This document shows positions 33,395-43,678 of a stretch of 64,000 nucleotides of DNA, in pieces. The notes beneath the pieces are model-generated. The model ran no database searches. It was not told where the DNA came from and saw only the letters and a program-made list of their open reading frames with translations. The first letter of the stretch is position 1. Each line of letters opens with the position of its first letter. A program made the translations under genes and the position numbers. This DNA is from Actinomycetota bacterium (lineage in GTDB: Bacteria; Actinomycetota; CADDZG01; JAHWKV01), in contig JBQTHR010000055.1 in assembly GCA_052389675.1 (NCBI GenBank), forward strand, positions 57,616-121,615, in the 5' to 3' direction.

Positions 33395-34141
33395 ATGAAG
33401 ACCTACCGGCTGATATTGGCCTACGACGGCGCGCCGTTCCACGGCTTTGCCCGTCAGCCGGACTTGCCTACCGTTCAGGGCACCGTCGAAGAGGCGCTTT
33501 CCAGGGTGCTCGGTACCGAAACACTCACGGTCGGGGCGGGCCGAACCGATGCCGGAGTGCATGCTTTGGCCCAGGTAATGTCCTTCCGGAGCGACCGGGT
33601 GCAAGATCCTTTTGAGTTGCTGCGGCGGCTGAACGCCCTGTGCGGCCCGCAGATTGCCGTGATCGAGCTTCAGGAGGCGCCGGAGGGCTTCGATGCCCGC
33701 TTTTCAGCTGAGGCTCGAACCTACGAGTACGCAATCCTCACCCGTGAGATTCATGACCCATTTGCTCGCCACACCACGTGGCACCACCCCAAGCACCTCG
33801 ACGCCGATTTGATGGCCAAAGGAGCGCAATCCCTTCTTGGTGAGCACGCCTTCGACGCGTTCGGCCGGGTGGAGGAAGGCAAGAATCCGGTACGCCGGGT
33901 GGAGGCTATCGATATCGAGCACGACGGCGATTTGATCACCATCCGTGTCACCGCCAACTCCTTCCTGCAGCAGATGGTGCGCTCGATTGTCGGCACCTTG
34001 GTCCAAGTGGGAATCGGCAGGTTCCATCCCGACGACGTGGGGCGAATTCTTCACTCGCGCGACAGGGCGCAGGCAGGGCCGGTGGCACCGCCGCATGGGC
34101 TGTTCTTGGTCTCGGTCGGCTACCCCGAAGAACTGGTTTGA
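33395..34141 (+). CDS. truA: tRNA pseudouridine(38-40) synthase
   Basis: [24 protein letters not shown]. Confidence 0.98.
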   Translation: MKTYRLILAYDGAPFHGFARQPDLPTVQGTVEEALSRVLGTETLTVGAGRTDAGVHALAQVMSFRSDRVQDPFELLRRLNALCGPQIAVIELQEAPEGFDARFSAEARTYEYAILTREIHDPFARHTTWHHPKHLDADLMAKGAQSLLGEHAFDAFGRVEEGKNPVRRVEAIDIEHDGDLITIRVTANSFLQQMVRSIVGTLVQVGIGRFHPDDVGRILHSRDRAQAGPVAPPHGLFLVSVGYPEELV

Positions 34142-34166
34142 CGCGCTCAGATGGCGTCCATACGAT
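34138..34166 (+). promoter_or_regulatory. Housekeeping-sigma promoter of rplM-rpsI
   Basis: TTGACG-17 nt-TACGAT immediately before ATG 34171/34177. Confidence 0.75.
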
Positions 34167-34170
34167 AGGA

Positions 34171-34638
34171 ATGACTATGCAAAGGACTCATTCGGTCAAA
34201 GAATCCGAGATCGACCGCAAGTGGTGGATTGTAGACGCCGAGGGCTTGGTGCTCGGGCGTTTGGCTGCTCAGGTCGCCCACGTTCTGCGAGGTAAGCACA
34301 AGCCTACGTTCACCCCCCACCTGGACACCGGGGATCACGTGGTGATTATCAATGCCGGTAAGGTGAAGCTGACCGGGGCCAAGATCGACCAGAAGGTCTG
34401 GTACCGTCACTCCGGCTTCCCGGGAGGGCTGCGGGAACTGGGGTACGGCAAGCTGATGCAACAGCGCCCGGCAACGGTGGTGGAGAAGGCGGTCAAAGGC
34501 ATGCTGCCCCACGGCCCGCTCGGTTCCCGGATGGCTACCAAGTTGAGGGTCTACGCAGGAGGGGAGCACCCGCATGCGGCGCAGCAGCCTCAACCTCTTG
34601 TATTGAGCAACACGCTGGGCGTAGGGAAGGGCGAATAG
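34171..34638 (+). CDS. rplM: 50S ribosomal protein L13
   Basis: LGRLA..LRGKHKP, HSGFPGG, VKGMLP. Start 34171 or 34177. Confidence 0.98.
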   Translation: MTMQRTHSVKESEIDRKWWIVDAEGLVLGRLAAQVAHVLRGKHKPTFTPHLDTGDHVVIINAGKVKLTGAKIDQKVWYRHSGFPGGLRELGYGKLMQQRPATVVEKAVKGMLPHGPLGSRMATKLRVYAGGEHPHAAQQPQPLVLSNTLGVGKGE

Positions 34639-35043
34639 ATGGCCACTACAACGAAGGAACTCTCACGGGCAACCGGCCGGCGCAAGGAGGCCGTTGCTCG
34701 GGTCCGGCTCCTACCGGGAACCGGCAACTTCAGCATCAACGACGGACGTTCGCTTTCCGACTATTTTCCCAACTTGGCGATCCGCCGGGTTATCCTGGAA
34801 CCGCTGGAAATCCTTGAGCTGGGCAAGTCGTACGACATCGTGGCCATCATCGAGGGCGGCGGTGTCACCGGCCAGGCCGGCGCGCTGCGTCACGGAATCG
34901 CCCGTGCGCTGATAGAACTGGACCCCGACTACCGGCCGACGCTCAAGAAGGCAGGTTTTCTCACCCGGGATTCCCGGATCAAAGAGCGCCGCAAGTACGG
35001 CTTGAAGAAAGCTCGCAAGGCGCCTCAGTACTCCAAGCGCTAG
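34639..35043 (+). CDS. rpsI: 30S ribosomal protein S9
   Basis: [30 protein letters not shown]. Confidence 0.99.
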   Translation: MATTTKELSRATGRRKEAVARVRLLPGTGNFSINDGRSLSDYFPNLAIRRVILEPLEILELGKSYDIVAIIEGGGVTGQAGALRHGIARALIELDPDYRPTLKKAGFLTRDSRIKERRKYGLKKARKAPQYSKR

Positions 35044-35132
35044 TGTTTGGCGCAGCCTTGGCGGGCTGCGCTCGAGTACGACGCGCCGCGCCGGAGGAGT
35101 TCTTGGTGCAATTCGACTCAGCCGTTTAGCCG

Positions 35133-36653
35133 GTGCAGCCGGTACTGACACCCGCTCGAATGGCCGCCGCCGACAGGGCGACCATCGATTCAGGTGTTCC
35201 CTCGTTTGTTCTTATGGAGCGGGCCGGTGCGGCGTGCGGCCGCGCGGCGGCGCGGATGCTGGGCGGCACTTACGGCTTTCGGGTCCTGGTGGCGTGCGGC
35301 AAGGGAAACAATGGTGGCGACGGTTTTGTGGTAGCCGAGTGGCTAGCTCGCCGGGGGGCGCATTGCACGGTCGCGTTGCTGGCCGAACCCACCGAACTCA
35401 CCGGCGACGCTCTCAGCGCCTACGGTCGCGCGACCAGAGTTCCGGGGGTGCGGGTGTTCGTTGGTCTGGAGGAGCGGAGGCTTTTTCGTGCGGATCTGGT
35501 GCTCGATGCGCTGTTGGGGACCGGCTTCAGGGGGACATTATGTGGAGCTTTGGCGCGGGCGGCGGACGCGATAGGCCGATCAGGCGCGCCGGTGCTGGCG
35601 GTGGATATCCCATCGGGCGTCGACGGGGGCAGCGGAGCCGTGCTCGGGCCGGCGGTTAGAGCGGATGTGACGGTGACGATGGGTGCCTTGAAGACCGGTC
35701 TGCTGCTCTTCCCCGGCGCCGGCCTGACGGGGCGGATTGAGGTGGCCGATATTGGCATAGTTCCCGAGGCCCTCACCACCAGCCTTCACTTGGTCTCCCC
35801 AGAAGACGCAGCGTCCCTGCTGCCCGGGCGTTTGCCAACTGCACACAAGCGCAGCGTGGGCAAGGTGCTGGTGGTGGCGGGAGCGCGTGGGATGGCGGGT
35901 GCCGCGGTCCTGGCTGCCCGGGGCGCCCTTCGTACCGGTGCCGGGTTGGTACGGATGGCGCTCCCGGAATCGGCCGCCCTCCAGGCGGGGGCTCAGCTCC
36001 AGGAGGCTTTGACCACCGCGCTACCAGAACAGGACGGCCGGATCGGCCAGGGGGCGACGCAAATCGCATGTGAACTGGCGGGCCAGACGGACGCCGTGGC
36101 TCTGGGCCCGGGGTTGGGACGGGGAGCCCCGGTTAGTACGTTCGTTCGGGACTTCTTGGCGGCAGTAAACCAGCCGGTAGTGCTCGACGCTGACGGCATC
36201 GCCGCGCTCGGCAACGATCCTGAAGGACTGCGGGACCGGGCCGGACCAACCGTACTGACACCGCATTCCGGCGAACTCGGCCGGCTATTGGGCATCGAGG
36301 CGGCGCAGGTAGATGCCGACCGGATCGGCCGGGCAGTGCAGGCGGCGCAACGGACCGGGTGCGTGGTGTTGTTGAAGGGCTACCGCACGGTGGTGGCCCG
36401 GCCGGATGGCGTGGTGGTGCTGGTAGGCGCCGGAGGACCGGTCTTAGCCACCGCCGGTACCGGTGACGTTCTGACCGGTGTAATCGCTGCGCTGATGGCC
36501 GGCGGAGTTGACCCGTTCGATGCGGCGTGGGCGGGTGCCTGCTTGCACGGGGCGGCAGGCGATGCGGTTGGCCGGCGCATGGGCGACCGGGGCGCCCTGG
36601 CCGGCGAGGTTGCCGACCAGCTTCCGATAATCGTTAAGAGACTTATTGAATGA
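35133..36653 (+). CDS. nnr: Bifunctional NAD(P)H-hydrate epimerase/dehydratase
   Basis: GKGNNGGDG, DALLGTG, VDIPSG, GPGLGR, LTPHSGE, TAGTGDVL. Confidence 0.96.
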   Translation: MQPVLTPARMAAADRATIDSGVPSFVLMERAGAACGRAAARMLGGTYGFRVLVACGKGNNGGDGFVVAEWLARRGAHCTVALLAEPTELTGDALSAYGRATRVPGVRVFVGLEERRLFRADLVLDALLGTGFRGTLCGALARAADAIGRSGAPVLAVDIPSGVDGGSGAVLGPAVRADVTVTMGALKTGLLLFPGAGLTGRIEVADIGIVPEALTTSLHLVSPEDAASLLPGRLPTAHKRSVGKVLVVAGARGMAGAAVLAARGALRTGAGLVRMALPESAALQAGAQLQEALTTALPEQDGRIGQGATQIACELAGQTDAVALGPGLGRGAPVSTFVRDFLAAVNQPVVLDADGIAALGNDPEGLRDRAGPTVLTPHSGELGRLLGIEAAQVDADRIGRAVQAAQRTGCVVLLKGYRTVVARPDGVVVLVGAGGPVLATAGTGDVLTGVIAALMAGGVDPFDAAWAGACLHGAAGDAVGRRMGDRGALAGEVADQLPIIVKRLIE

Positions 36654-37765
36654 TCCACCACCTGTCGATCTGGGCCGAGATCGATACCGGGGCAATTCGC
36701 CGCAATGTCCAGCGGGTTAAGGCGACGCTGTCACCGGGGACGACGATGCTTGGCGTCGTCAAAGCAAACGGCTACGGCCATGGCGAGGTGGAGGCGGCTA
36801 GAGCGGTGATTGAAGGAGGGGCCGACTGGCTCGGAGTGGCTCGAGTGGAGGAGGGGGCGGCCTTACGGCGCGCGGGGATAGGCCGGCCGATCCTGTTGCT
36901 GGCCGAGCCGCCGCTCGGAGCGGTGCAGGAGGCCGTCGCCCAGCGGCTGACCGGGTCGATCTATACCGAACCCATTCTCAGGGCTTTCGCAGCGGCCGCC
37001 CGGAGAGCTGGTTCGGTAGCCGGAGTGCACCTTAAGGTCGACACCGGAATGCACCGCTACGGTGTCCCACCCGGCCGGGTTGCGGAGTTGATGGATCTGG
37101 TGGACTCGCTGGAGGGCGTGCGCCTGGAGGGGCTGTGGACGCATTTCGCAGTGGCGGAGGAGGTGTCCAGTCCGTTCACCCAGCAGCAGTTCAAGTTGTT
37201 CAAGGATGTGGTCGACGCGCTGGGCGAACGTGGGGCGAGACTCATCCGGCATCTGTGCAACTCCGCTGGCATCCTCACGCTTGCAGAGGGACACTTCGAC
37301 ATGGTTCGCACCGGCATACTGGCCTATGGGATCCACCCGTCGCCCGGCCTGGCGCACCTGGTTGAGCTGGAGCCGGCGATGAGCGTTAAGTCCCGAGTGG
37401 GCCTCACCAAGTATCTGGCGGCCGGTGAGGCGTTATCGTACGGCCAGCGTTACCACATGCCGGCCGACGGGTTCGTATCCACGGTCCCGTGTGGCTACGC
37501 CGACGGACTGCGCCGGGCGCTGTCCAACAACGGCGAAGTGCTGATCAGAGGCCGTCGCTTCCGGATCTGCGGAACCATCACCATGGACCATTTCCTGGTG
37601 GACACCGGTACGGAAGAGTTTCCGGTGGGAGAAGAGGTGGTGATTCTCGGCCGGCAGGGCGACGAGCGGATCACCGCCCAACAGATCGCCGACCGGCTAA
37701 AAACCATCCCGTACGAGGTGGTCTGCGGGATCAGTTCCCGGGTGGCGAGGATCTACATGGATTAG
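36650..37765 (+). CDS. alr: Alanine racemase
   Basis: VVKANGYGHG, HLKVDTGMHR, GYADG, IPYE. Confidence 0.98.
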   Translation: MIHHLSIWAEIDTGAIRRNVQRVKATLSPGTTMLGVVKANGYGHGEVEAARAVIEGGADWLGVARVEEGAALRRAGIGRPILLLAEPPLGAVQEAVAQRLTGSIYTEPILRAFAAAARRAGSVAGVHLKVDTGMHRYGVPPGRVAELMDLVDSLEGVRLEGLWTHFAVAEEVSSPFTQQQFKLFKDVVDALGERGARLIRHLCNSAGILTLAEGHFDMVRTGILAYGIHPSPGLAHLVELEPAMSVKSRVGLTKYLAAGEALSYGQRYHMPADGFVSTVPCGYADGLRRALSNNGEVLIRGRRFRICGTITMDHFLVDTGTEEFPVGEEVVILGRQGDERITAQQIADRLKTIPYEVVCGISSRVARIYMD

Positions 37766-37938
37766 CCGGTTGGGTGAGCCTTGTTAGAGCCGAGTGCAGT
37801 ACGAGCTTTCTCGGGAGAGTCGCCAAACGCTCAGCTTGAAATCTCGAGCGTTTCCGGCGCCACGGCCTTGGGGGCGCTGGAACATCGGTGCCGGGGCCAG
37901 TCGCTATTATTGGGTCGGGACGGACCCGGGGGTTTTAC

Positions 37939-38694
37939 TTGGCTTTTGACACGTTGGAGCAGGCTAGGCAGGAGGCTCTCGGTTGCACACGGTGCCGCCT
38001 TTCGGTCGGCCGCACCCGGGTGGTGTGGTGGGACGGCAACCCCGATTCGGACCTGATGTTCGTGGGCGAGGCGCCCGGATTCCACGAGGACAAGGTGGGC
38101 AAACCGTTCGTCGGCGCCGCCGGGAAACTGCTGGACACCATGCTCGCCTCGATCGGTATGGATCGGACGCGGTGCGTGATCTGCAACGTAATCAAGTGCC
38201 GGCCACCGGACAATCGTGATCCCCAGCCAGACGAGATCGAGACCTGCAGCCCCTTTTTGAAGGCGCAGATTGAGTTCATCAAACCGTCGGTGATTGTGAC
38301 CCTGGGCAATTTCGCCACCAGATTCGTACTGCAGCGCCAGGTACCGATCTCCCGGGTGCGGGGCCAGGTCTTTGCTGCCTTCGGCGCTCGTGTGATCCCC
38401 ACCTTCCACCCCGCCTCAGTGCTGTACTCCGGTGGCCCCGGCTCTGCGGCTTGGACGACGATTCAGCAGGATTTCCAGACCATCGCCAACCATTTGACCG
38501 CCGGCAGGCGCCAGCCGGCTACCGCCTCCGACCCACCCCCCCTTGCCCGCCCGCTGCTCCCGCTCGCCCCGGCACTCACAGGCCCGCCCTCCGCCCCCGC
38601 CCCCCCCGCCCCCCCCGCCCGCTCGTCGCTAACGCCACCAACCGTGGATGCCCAAATCCAGGAGGCGTTCGCCGAGCAGGATTCGTTGTTCTAA
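37939..38694 (+). CDS. Uracil-DNA glycosylase family 4 (4Fe-4S)
   Basis: CTRC, GEAPG, KCRPPDNR..C, TFHPA; Pro-rich tail. TTG start at 37939 is inferred. Confidence 0.92.
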   Translation: MAFDTLEQARQEALGCTRCRLSVGRTRVVWWDGNPDSDLMFVGEAPGFHEDKVGKPFVGAAGKLLDTMLASIGMDRTRCVICNVIKCRPPDNRDPQPDEIETCSPFLKAQIEFIKPSVIVTLGNFATRFVLQRQVPISRVRGQVFAAFGARVIPTFHPASVLYSGGPGSAAWTTIQQDFQTIANHLTAGRRQPATASDPPPLARPLLPLAPALTGPPSAPAPPAPPARSSLTPPTVDAQIQEAFAEQDSLF

Positions 38695-38699
38695 CTGTC

Positions 38700-39284
38700 G
38701 TGTCCGTACCGTCACCTTCTCCGCGCAGATCCCTCGTTCTCAAGACGCGCTCGCCTGAGGAGACCCGGCTGCTCGCGGTGTCGCTGGGCCCCATCCTGGT
38801 GCCGGGGGACGTGCTGGTACTGGCGGGCGATTTGGGTGCCGGCAAGACCACTTTCGTCCAAGGCTTGGCGGTGGGGCTGGGCATCACCGACAAGGTGACC
38901 AGCCCCACCTTCATTCTGATGAAGGAGTATTTGGGCGGGCGATTCCCGCTGATGCATCTGGATGTCTACCGACTGGGGAAGGTGCAGGACGTGATAGACC
39001 TGGGTTACGACGAGTTCCTGGACCCCTCCTACGTCGTGGCGGTTGAGTGGGGCGACATGGTTGAGGCGCTGTTGCCGCAGGAACATCTCAAGGTCGAGTT
39101 GATGCACGACGAGGGGGAGGCCCGGACGATCACGCTAACCGGCAAGGGCGAGTCGTGGGCACTGCGCATGCAGCAGGTTACCCGGATGATAGGTGAGCTC
39201 AGGGCGGCGTCCTCCGAGACGGCACACGGCCAGTTCGCCACCCGCTTCACCCCCACCGACCCCGCCGAGTCCGACCGGAACTAG
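38700..39284 (+). CDS. tsaE: t6A biosynthesis ATPase TsaE
   Basis: GDLGAGKTTF, SPTF, HLDVYRL, VEW. Confidence 0.96.
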   Translation: MSVPSPSPRRSLVLKTRSPEETRLLAVSLGPILVPGDVLVLAGDLGAGKTTFVQGLAVGLGITDKVTSPTFILMKEYLGGRFPLMHLDVYRLGKVQDVIDLGYDEFLDPSYVVAVEWGDMVEALLPQEHLKVELMHDEGEARTITLTGKGESWALRMQQVTRMIGELRAASSETAHGQFATRFTPTDPAESDRN

Positions 39285-39286
39285 AA

Positions 39287-39985
39287 GTGCTGATTCTCGG
39301 AGTTGAGACGTCCACGCCCTGGGCTTCGGTGGCGATCGGTTCGGAGCAGGGGATCATCGGCTCCTGTCTGGTCTCCCGGGGGGCAACTCAGGGAGCCTTC
39401 ATCCTGCCCGCGGTGGAGTTTTTGATGCGGCAGGCCGACCTGAGTTACCGCAACTTGTCGGCGGTTGCCGCCGGTCTTGGGCCCGGTCTGTACACTGGAA
39501 TGCGTGTGGGCATCGCCACAGCCAAGACTCTTGCGCAGGCGCTTTCGGTGCCGATCGTCGGAGTTGCATCGCTTGATCTGCTGGCCTTTGAGGTGCGCTA
39601 CTCCAACCGGCTGATCTGCCCGGTTCTGGACGCCAAGCGCAAGGAGGTCTTCTTCGCCTTCTACAAGGCGGTGCCCGGCGGCGTCACCCGGGTGACCGAC
39701 TACGTGGTGGGTACGCCGGAGCGTCTGCTGGCTGAGATGCAGGGGATTGGGGAGGAGATCTTGCTGGTAGGGAGCGGGGCGCTACTTTATCGCCACACTC
39801 TGGAGGGTCGGGGCAAAGTAGAGTTTGGCTCGATAGCCAGCGCCTTCCCCCGGGCCACGTCGCTGGTGGAGTTGGCCCTTCCCCGGTTGTTCCGGGAGGA
39901 TTACGACCGGCTGTTCGATTTGGAGCCGATGTACATGCGCCGCTCCGATGCCGAGATCAACTGGGAGAAGCGGAGGATGGGTTGA
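39287..39985 (+). CDS. tsaB: t6A biosynthesis protein TsaB
   Basis: ILGVETST, GPGLYTGMRVG, DAKRKEV, EPMYMR. Confidence 0.96.
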   Translation: MLILGVETSTPWASVAIGSEQGIIGSCLVSRGATQGAFILPAVEFLMRQADLSYRNLSAVAAGLGPGLYTGMRVGIATAKTLAQALSVPIVGVASLDLLAFEVRYSNRLICPVLDAKRKEVFFAFYKAVPGGVTRVTDYVVGTPERLLAEMQGIGEEILLVGSGALLYRHTLEGRGKVEFGSIASAFPRATSLVELALPRLFREDYDRLFDLEPMYMRRSDAEINWEKRRMG

Positions 39986-40542
39986 ACGCTTTGGCGCGTG
40001 ACCGGATTGACGTCGCCGACATCGAACTTGCCCCCATGCGCCGGCGGCATGTCCGGCAGGTGATGAAGATCGAAGCGCAGGTGTATCCCCGGCCGTGGAG
40101 CTCGGCGCTGTTCCTGCAAGAGATAGTACGCCGCTCCGATCGGATCTATTTCGTTGCCAAGTGGGACTCGATAGTGGTGGGTTACGCCGGCCTGATCACC
40201 TCCGGCCGGGAGGCCCACATAACGACCATTGCGGTGGAGCCTGCCCACCATCGCCACCGGGTAGGCACCAAGTTGCTGATCGGGCTGCTGGACGCGGCGA
40301 TAGAGCGCGGGGCCAAGTCCGTTTCGCTGGAGGTGCGCCGCTCCAATTACGGAGCCCAGAAGATGTATGAGGCATTCGGCTTCCGCCCGGTGGGCCTTCG
40401 CCCGGGCTACTACGCTGAGACCGGCGAGGATGCCATTGTCATGTGGGTGGACCAGACCGAGACTGCCACCTACGCCTCACTGCTGAACGAAATGCGCACC
40501 CGGATAGATCCCAGCCTGCGCCAGGAGGGCCCGAATGCCTAG
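39982..40542 (+). CDS. rimI: Ribosomal-protein alanine N-acetyltransferase
   Basis: PWS, HITTIAV, LEVRRSN, GYY..EDAIVM. Confidence 0.94.
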   Translation: MNALARDRIDVADIELAPMRRRHVRQVMKIEAQVYPRPWSSALFLQEIVRRSDRIYFVAKWDSIVVGYAGLITSGREAHITTIAVEPAHHRHRVGTKLLIGLLDAAIERGAKSVSLEVRRSNYGAQKMYEAFGFRPVGLRPGYYAETGEDAIVMWVDQTETATYASLLNEMRTRIDPSLRQEGPNA

Positions 40543-41632
40543 AGGCCAGGGCATTGCTCAGGTAGCCGCCCAGCCGGTAGCTCAGACGCAAACCGAGCCG
40601 GATCCGATCCAGCATTCCCAGGACCAGCCTCCGCTCATCATGGGGATCGAGACTTCGTGCGACGAGACGTGCTGCGCGATACTGCGCGGCCCCGATGAAG
40701 TGCTGGCCAACGTGATCTCTTCCTCTGCGGACCTGCACAGCAAGTACGGTGGGGTGGTTCCCGAGGTTGCTTCGCGAGCGCACGTGCAGGCGATCAATCC
40801 GGCCATCGCCGAAGCGCTGGCCAATGCCGACCTGACCCTGTGGGACATGAGCGCCATCGCGGTGACCGTGGGGCCGGGGCTGATTGGCTCGCTGGTGGTG
40901 GGAGTGGCTGCTGCCAAGTCGCTTGCCTCGGTGCTGGAAGTCCCGCTGCTCGGTATCAATCACCTGGAGGCGCACATTTACGCCAATTTCATCGAACACA
41001 TCGACTTCAGCCCGCCGGCAGTGGGGCTAATCGTCTCCGGTGGGCACACGCTGCTGGTGCACATGCCCGCCCATGGCCTCTACGAAGTCCTGGGAGAGAC
41101 CCTGGACGACGCCGCAGGGGAGGCGTTCGACAAGGTTGCCCGCTACCTGGGTATCGGGTTTCCCGGGGGCCCGGCCATCGATCAGATGGCGCTGGGCGGC
41201 AACCGCCGGGCCATTGAGTTCCCCCGGGCGGCCATGCACCGGGGTTACGACTTTTCCTTCTCCGGCCTCAAGACCGCGGTGCAGGAATACATGCGCAAGC
41301 AGCAGGCGGCGGGCAACAAGCCCAAGCTGGAAGATGTGTGTGCGTCGTTCCAGGAAGCAGCGGTAGACGTCCAGGTTTCCAAGACCATCCGGGCAGCTCG
41401 GGAGCTTGGAGTCTCCACGGTGTTCATGTCGGGCGGGGTGGCTGCGAACTCCCGGCTGCGGGAGCTTCTTTCGGTAATGTGCGAGGAGTCGGACCTGCAT
41501 CTGTACTACCCGTCGATGGTTTACTGCACGGACAATGCCGCCATGGTCGCCTGTTGCGGCTACTTTCGATTCAGCCGGGGCATTCGCACGGAGATCGACA
41601 TTGTTGCCGACCCCAATCTGCAATTGGCCTGA
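40535..41632 (+). CDS. tsaD: t6A threonylcarbamoyltransferase TsaD
   Basis: GIETSCDET, GGVVPEVASRAH, HLEAH, SGGHT, TDNAAM. Confidence 0.98.
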   Translation: MPRGQGIAQVAAQPVAQTQTEPDPIQHSQDQPPLIMGIETSCDETCCAILRGPDEVLANVISSSADLHSKYGGVVPEVASRAHVQAINPAIAEALANADLTLWDMSAIAVTVGPGLIGSLVVGVAAAKSLASVLEVPLLGINHLEAHIYANFIEHIDFSPPAVGLIVSGGHTLLVHMPAHGLYEVLGETLDDAAGEAFDKVARYLGIGFPGGPAIDQMALGGNRRAIEFPRAAMHRGYDFSFSGLKTAVQEYMRKQQAAGNKPKLEDVCASFQEAAVDVQVSKTIRAARELGVSTVFMSGGVAANSRLRELLSVMCEESDLHLYYPSMVYCTDNAAMVACCGYFRFSRGIRTEIDIVADPNLQLA

Positions 41633-41644
41633 GCTGACCGGCCA

Positions 41645-41671
41645 TTAGCACTCTCAGGCCGAGAGTGCTAA
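41645..41671. promoter_or_regulatory. CIRCE operator (HrcA site)
   Basis: Perfect TTAGCACTC-N9-GAGTGCTAA upstream of groES. Confidence 0.97.
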
Positions 41672-41725
41672 TCTGGCTGCGCGAGCGAGTATCGACAATT
41701 TTGGGACAACCAGGTCATAGGAGGA

Positions 41726-42016
41726 ATGTTTATGGGTCTTAAGCCACTTGGTGATCGCGTGCTGATTCGGGTGGAGGAGTTCGAGACTGCAACGGCGTCG
41801 GGCCTTGTAATCCCGGACACCGCAAAGGAGAAGTCGCAGGAGGGCACCATCTTGGCGGTGGGTCCGGGCGCATACCACGATGGACAGCGCATCCCGCTCG
41901 ATGTTAAAGAGGGCGATCGAGTGATCTTTTCCAAGTTCGGCGGCACCGAGGTCAAGGTGGGCGGCGAGGAACTTATGATTCTCAACGAGCGTGACCTGAT
42001 GGCAGTGCTCGACTGA
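41726..42016 (+). CDS. groES: Co-chaperonin GroES
   Basis: [26 protein letters not shown]. Confidence 0.98.
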   Translation: MFMGLKPLGDRVLIRVEEFETATASGLVIPDTAKEKSQEGTILAVGPGAYHDGQRIPLDVKEGDRVIFSKFGGTEVKVGGEELMILNERDLMAVLD

Positions 42017-42032
42017 GGTTTGCGAAATTGCG

Positions 42033-42063
42033 AAAGGGCCCCGCTCCGGCGGGGCCTTTTTTT
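42033..42063 (+). terminator. Intrinsic terminator after groES
   Basis: AAAGGGCCCCGC-TCCG-GCGGGGCC followed by T7. Confidence 0.92.
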
Positions 42064-42107
42064 GTAACTTCCAGCAGGTTGTTAACGCATGGGTGCCGGT
42101 CCCCGGC

Positions 42108-43229
42108 CTAGATGTACCGGGCCGGATTTTGCGGTCTGCCGTTTACCCGCACCTCGAAGTGCAGGTGGGACCCGGTGCACGAGCCGGTGCACCCGACATA
42201 GCCGATAACCTGTCCCCTGCTTACCGAGCCCGAGCCCACGGCCTTGCGGCTCATGTGGGCGTACAGGGTGACCACGCCGCCGCCATGGTCGATCAAAGTG
42301 CAGTTGCCGTATCCTCCTCCGCACGCTACTCCCAGGATCCGCCCAGCTTTGGCGGCCCGGATCGGGTCTCCGGTGTTTCCGTCCAGGTCGATGCCGGTGT
42401 GCGCCCGTCCCCAGCGCCGGCCGAAGCTGGAGGTGACCCGGCCGCTCACCGGTCGGACGAAGCCGCTGCGGGAGGCAGCTTCGACTGATCCGCCCTCGCT
42501 GGAGCGGGGGCTCTGACGGCTGAGAGTTGCCTGCAGGCGGTCGCTGTCGACCTGTAATCCTTCGATGTGCTGCTTGCTGACCGCAATTTCCTTCTCGACG
42601 CCTTTAAGCGCGCTCTGCCGTTCCCGGCGGGCGGCGTTGGCCAGTCCCTTGCGGGCCTCAAGCCACTCGCGCTGAGCATTGAGGTCGTTTTTGATTGCGT
42701 TGAGCAGGTCCTGTTTGGTGGTCAGATCCTTCTTCAGCCGGGCGGTGTCCACTATTACCTTGGAGTCTTGTTCGGAGGACTTCTCCATCCAAAACTGCAT
42801 ACGAGTCATCTCCAGGACCGATCCGGCCGAAAAAAGCATGGCCACGGACTCTGCGGGACCCTGGACGTAAAGCCTGCGGGCCCGCTGATTGGAGGCGTTG
42901 GCCGCTTGGCGGTACTGCGCCTCCAGTTCGTCAATCTGGTTTTGGCTGCTGCGGATGTCCGATTCAAGGCTGGAAATGTCGTGCTGGCCGGAGGTGATTT
43001 GTTTGTCGAGGGAGTTGATCTGCTTGTCCAGCTTATTCACCTCGGCCTCGATCTTGTTTGCCTGGCCCTGCGCCGCGGCAAGCTTTTTGCGAATCTCGTT
43101 GATCTGCTGGCGAGTCTGTTGCAGCCGGGTGGACTCGTTTGCCGCAGGGGCCGGGGTGGGAGTGAGGACGCAAAGCAGCGCTGCGACGATTGCAGCACCG
43201 ATGAGCTTGTGGGGGACACTGAAACGCAT
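42108..43229 (-). CDS. Secreted coiled-coil plus M23 peptidase (peptidoglycan endopeptidase-like)
   Basis: Signal peptide, long coiled coil, HTGID..TLYAHM..HLHFE. Confidence 0.92.
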   Translation of the reverse strand: MRFSVPHKLIGAAIVAALLCVLTPTPAPAANESTRLQQTRQQINEIRKKLAAAQGQANKIEAEVNKLDKQINSLDKQITSGQHDISSLESDIRSSQNQIDELEAQYRQAANASNQRARRLYVQGPAESVAMLFSAGSVLEMTRMQFWMEKSSEQDSKVIVDTARLKKDLTTKQDLLNAIKNDLNAQREWLEARKGLANAARRERQSALKGVEKEIAVSKQHIEGLQVDSDRLQATLSRQSPRSSEGGSVEAASRSGFVRPVSGRVTSSFGRRWGRAHTGIDLDGNTGDPIRAAKAGRILGVACGGGYGNCTLIDHGGGVVTLYAHMSRKAVGSGSVSRGQVIGYVGCTGSCTGSHLHFEVRVNGRPQNPARYI

Positions 43230-43237
43230 CTGTAGGG

Positions 43238-43266
43238 ACGGTAAGTGGATGAGGTGGGGGTGTCAA
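43238..43266 (-). promoter_or_regulatory. Promoter of the M23 gene, near-leaderless
   Basis: Minus strand TTGACA-17 nt-TACCGT, with ATG 8 nt downstream. Confidence 0.75.
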
Positions 43267-43318
43267 GTCATTCACGCCTTGGGTTAGAGTCCTGTTTCGG
43301 AAAGGACGCCAGGAAGTC

Positions 43319-43678
43319 ATGGGGAACATTCACCGCGTTGTTGGGCTGAGCATCGGTGCGGTCTTCGGTTTGATCGCGCTGTGGGGGCTGTTTTTGTGGA
43401 TTAGAAACGCTGATCCAGGGCAGACCTTTTGGCGGGTGCTTGCCGCCGGCCAACTGGGTCTGGTGCTCCAAGCTCTGGTAGGTATTGTGATGTTCTTCGT
43501 GATCGGTGGTATGCCGATTCTGCACTACGCCTACGGCATCTTTCCCGTTCTGGTGCTCCTTGTGGCCCACAAGCAGTCGAAAAAGTTCGAGGGGCTGGAG
43601 TGGGTGGCCTTCGCCATTGCCGGATTGGTGATCTTCGGCCTCCAGACCCGTGGGTTCATGACCGGCTTGGAGATCTGA
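43319..43678 (+). CDS. Hypothetical 4-TM membrane protein
   Basis: 119 aa, four hydrophobic segments, LHYAYG motif; fills the gap. Confidence 0.8.
   Translation: MGNIHRVVGLSIGAVFGLIALWGLFLWIRNADPGQTFWRVLAAGQLGLVLQALVGIVMFFVIGGMPILHYAYGIFPVLVLLVAHKQSKKFEGLEWVAFAIAGLVIFGLQTRGFMTGLEI

Noticed and set aside
37766-37938. alr-udg spacer hairpins and a 91-aa ORF
   Set aside because: Stems are compatible with a terminator plus promoter in GC-rich DNA; the ORF overlaps udg out of frame and has no motif.
38592-38620. Poly-C runs in udg as a phase-variation or G-quadruplex site
   Set aside because: Explained by Pro codons in a linker, and the frame is intact. No evidence of slippage.
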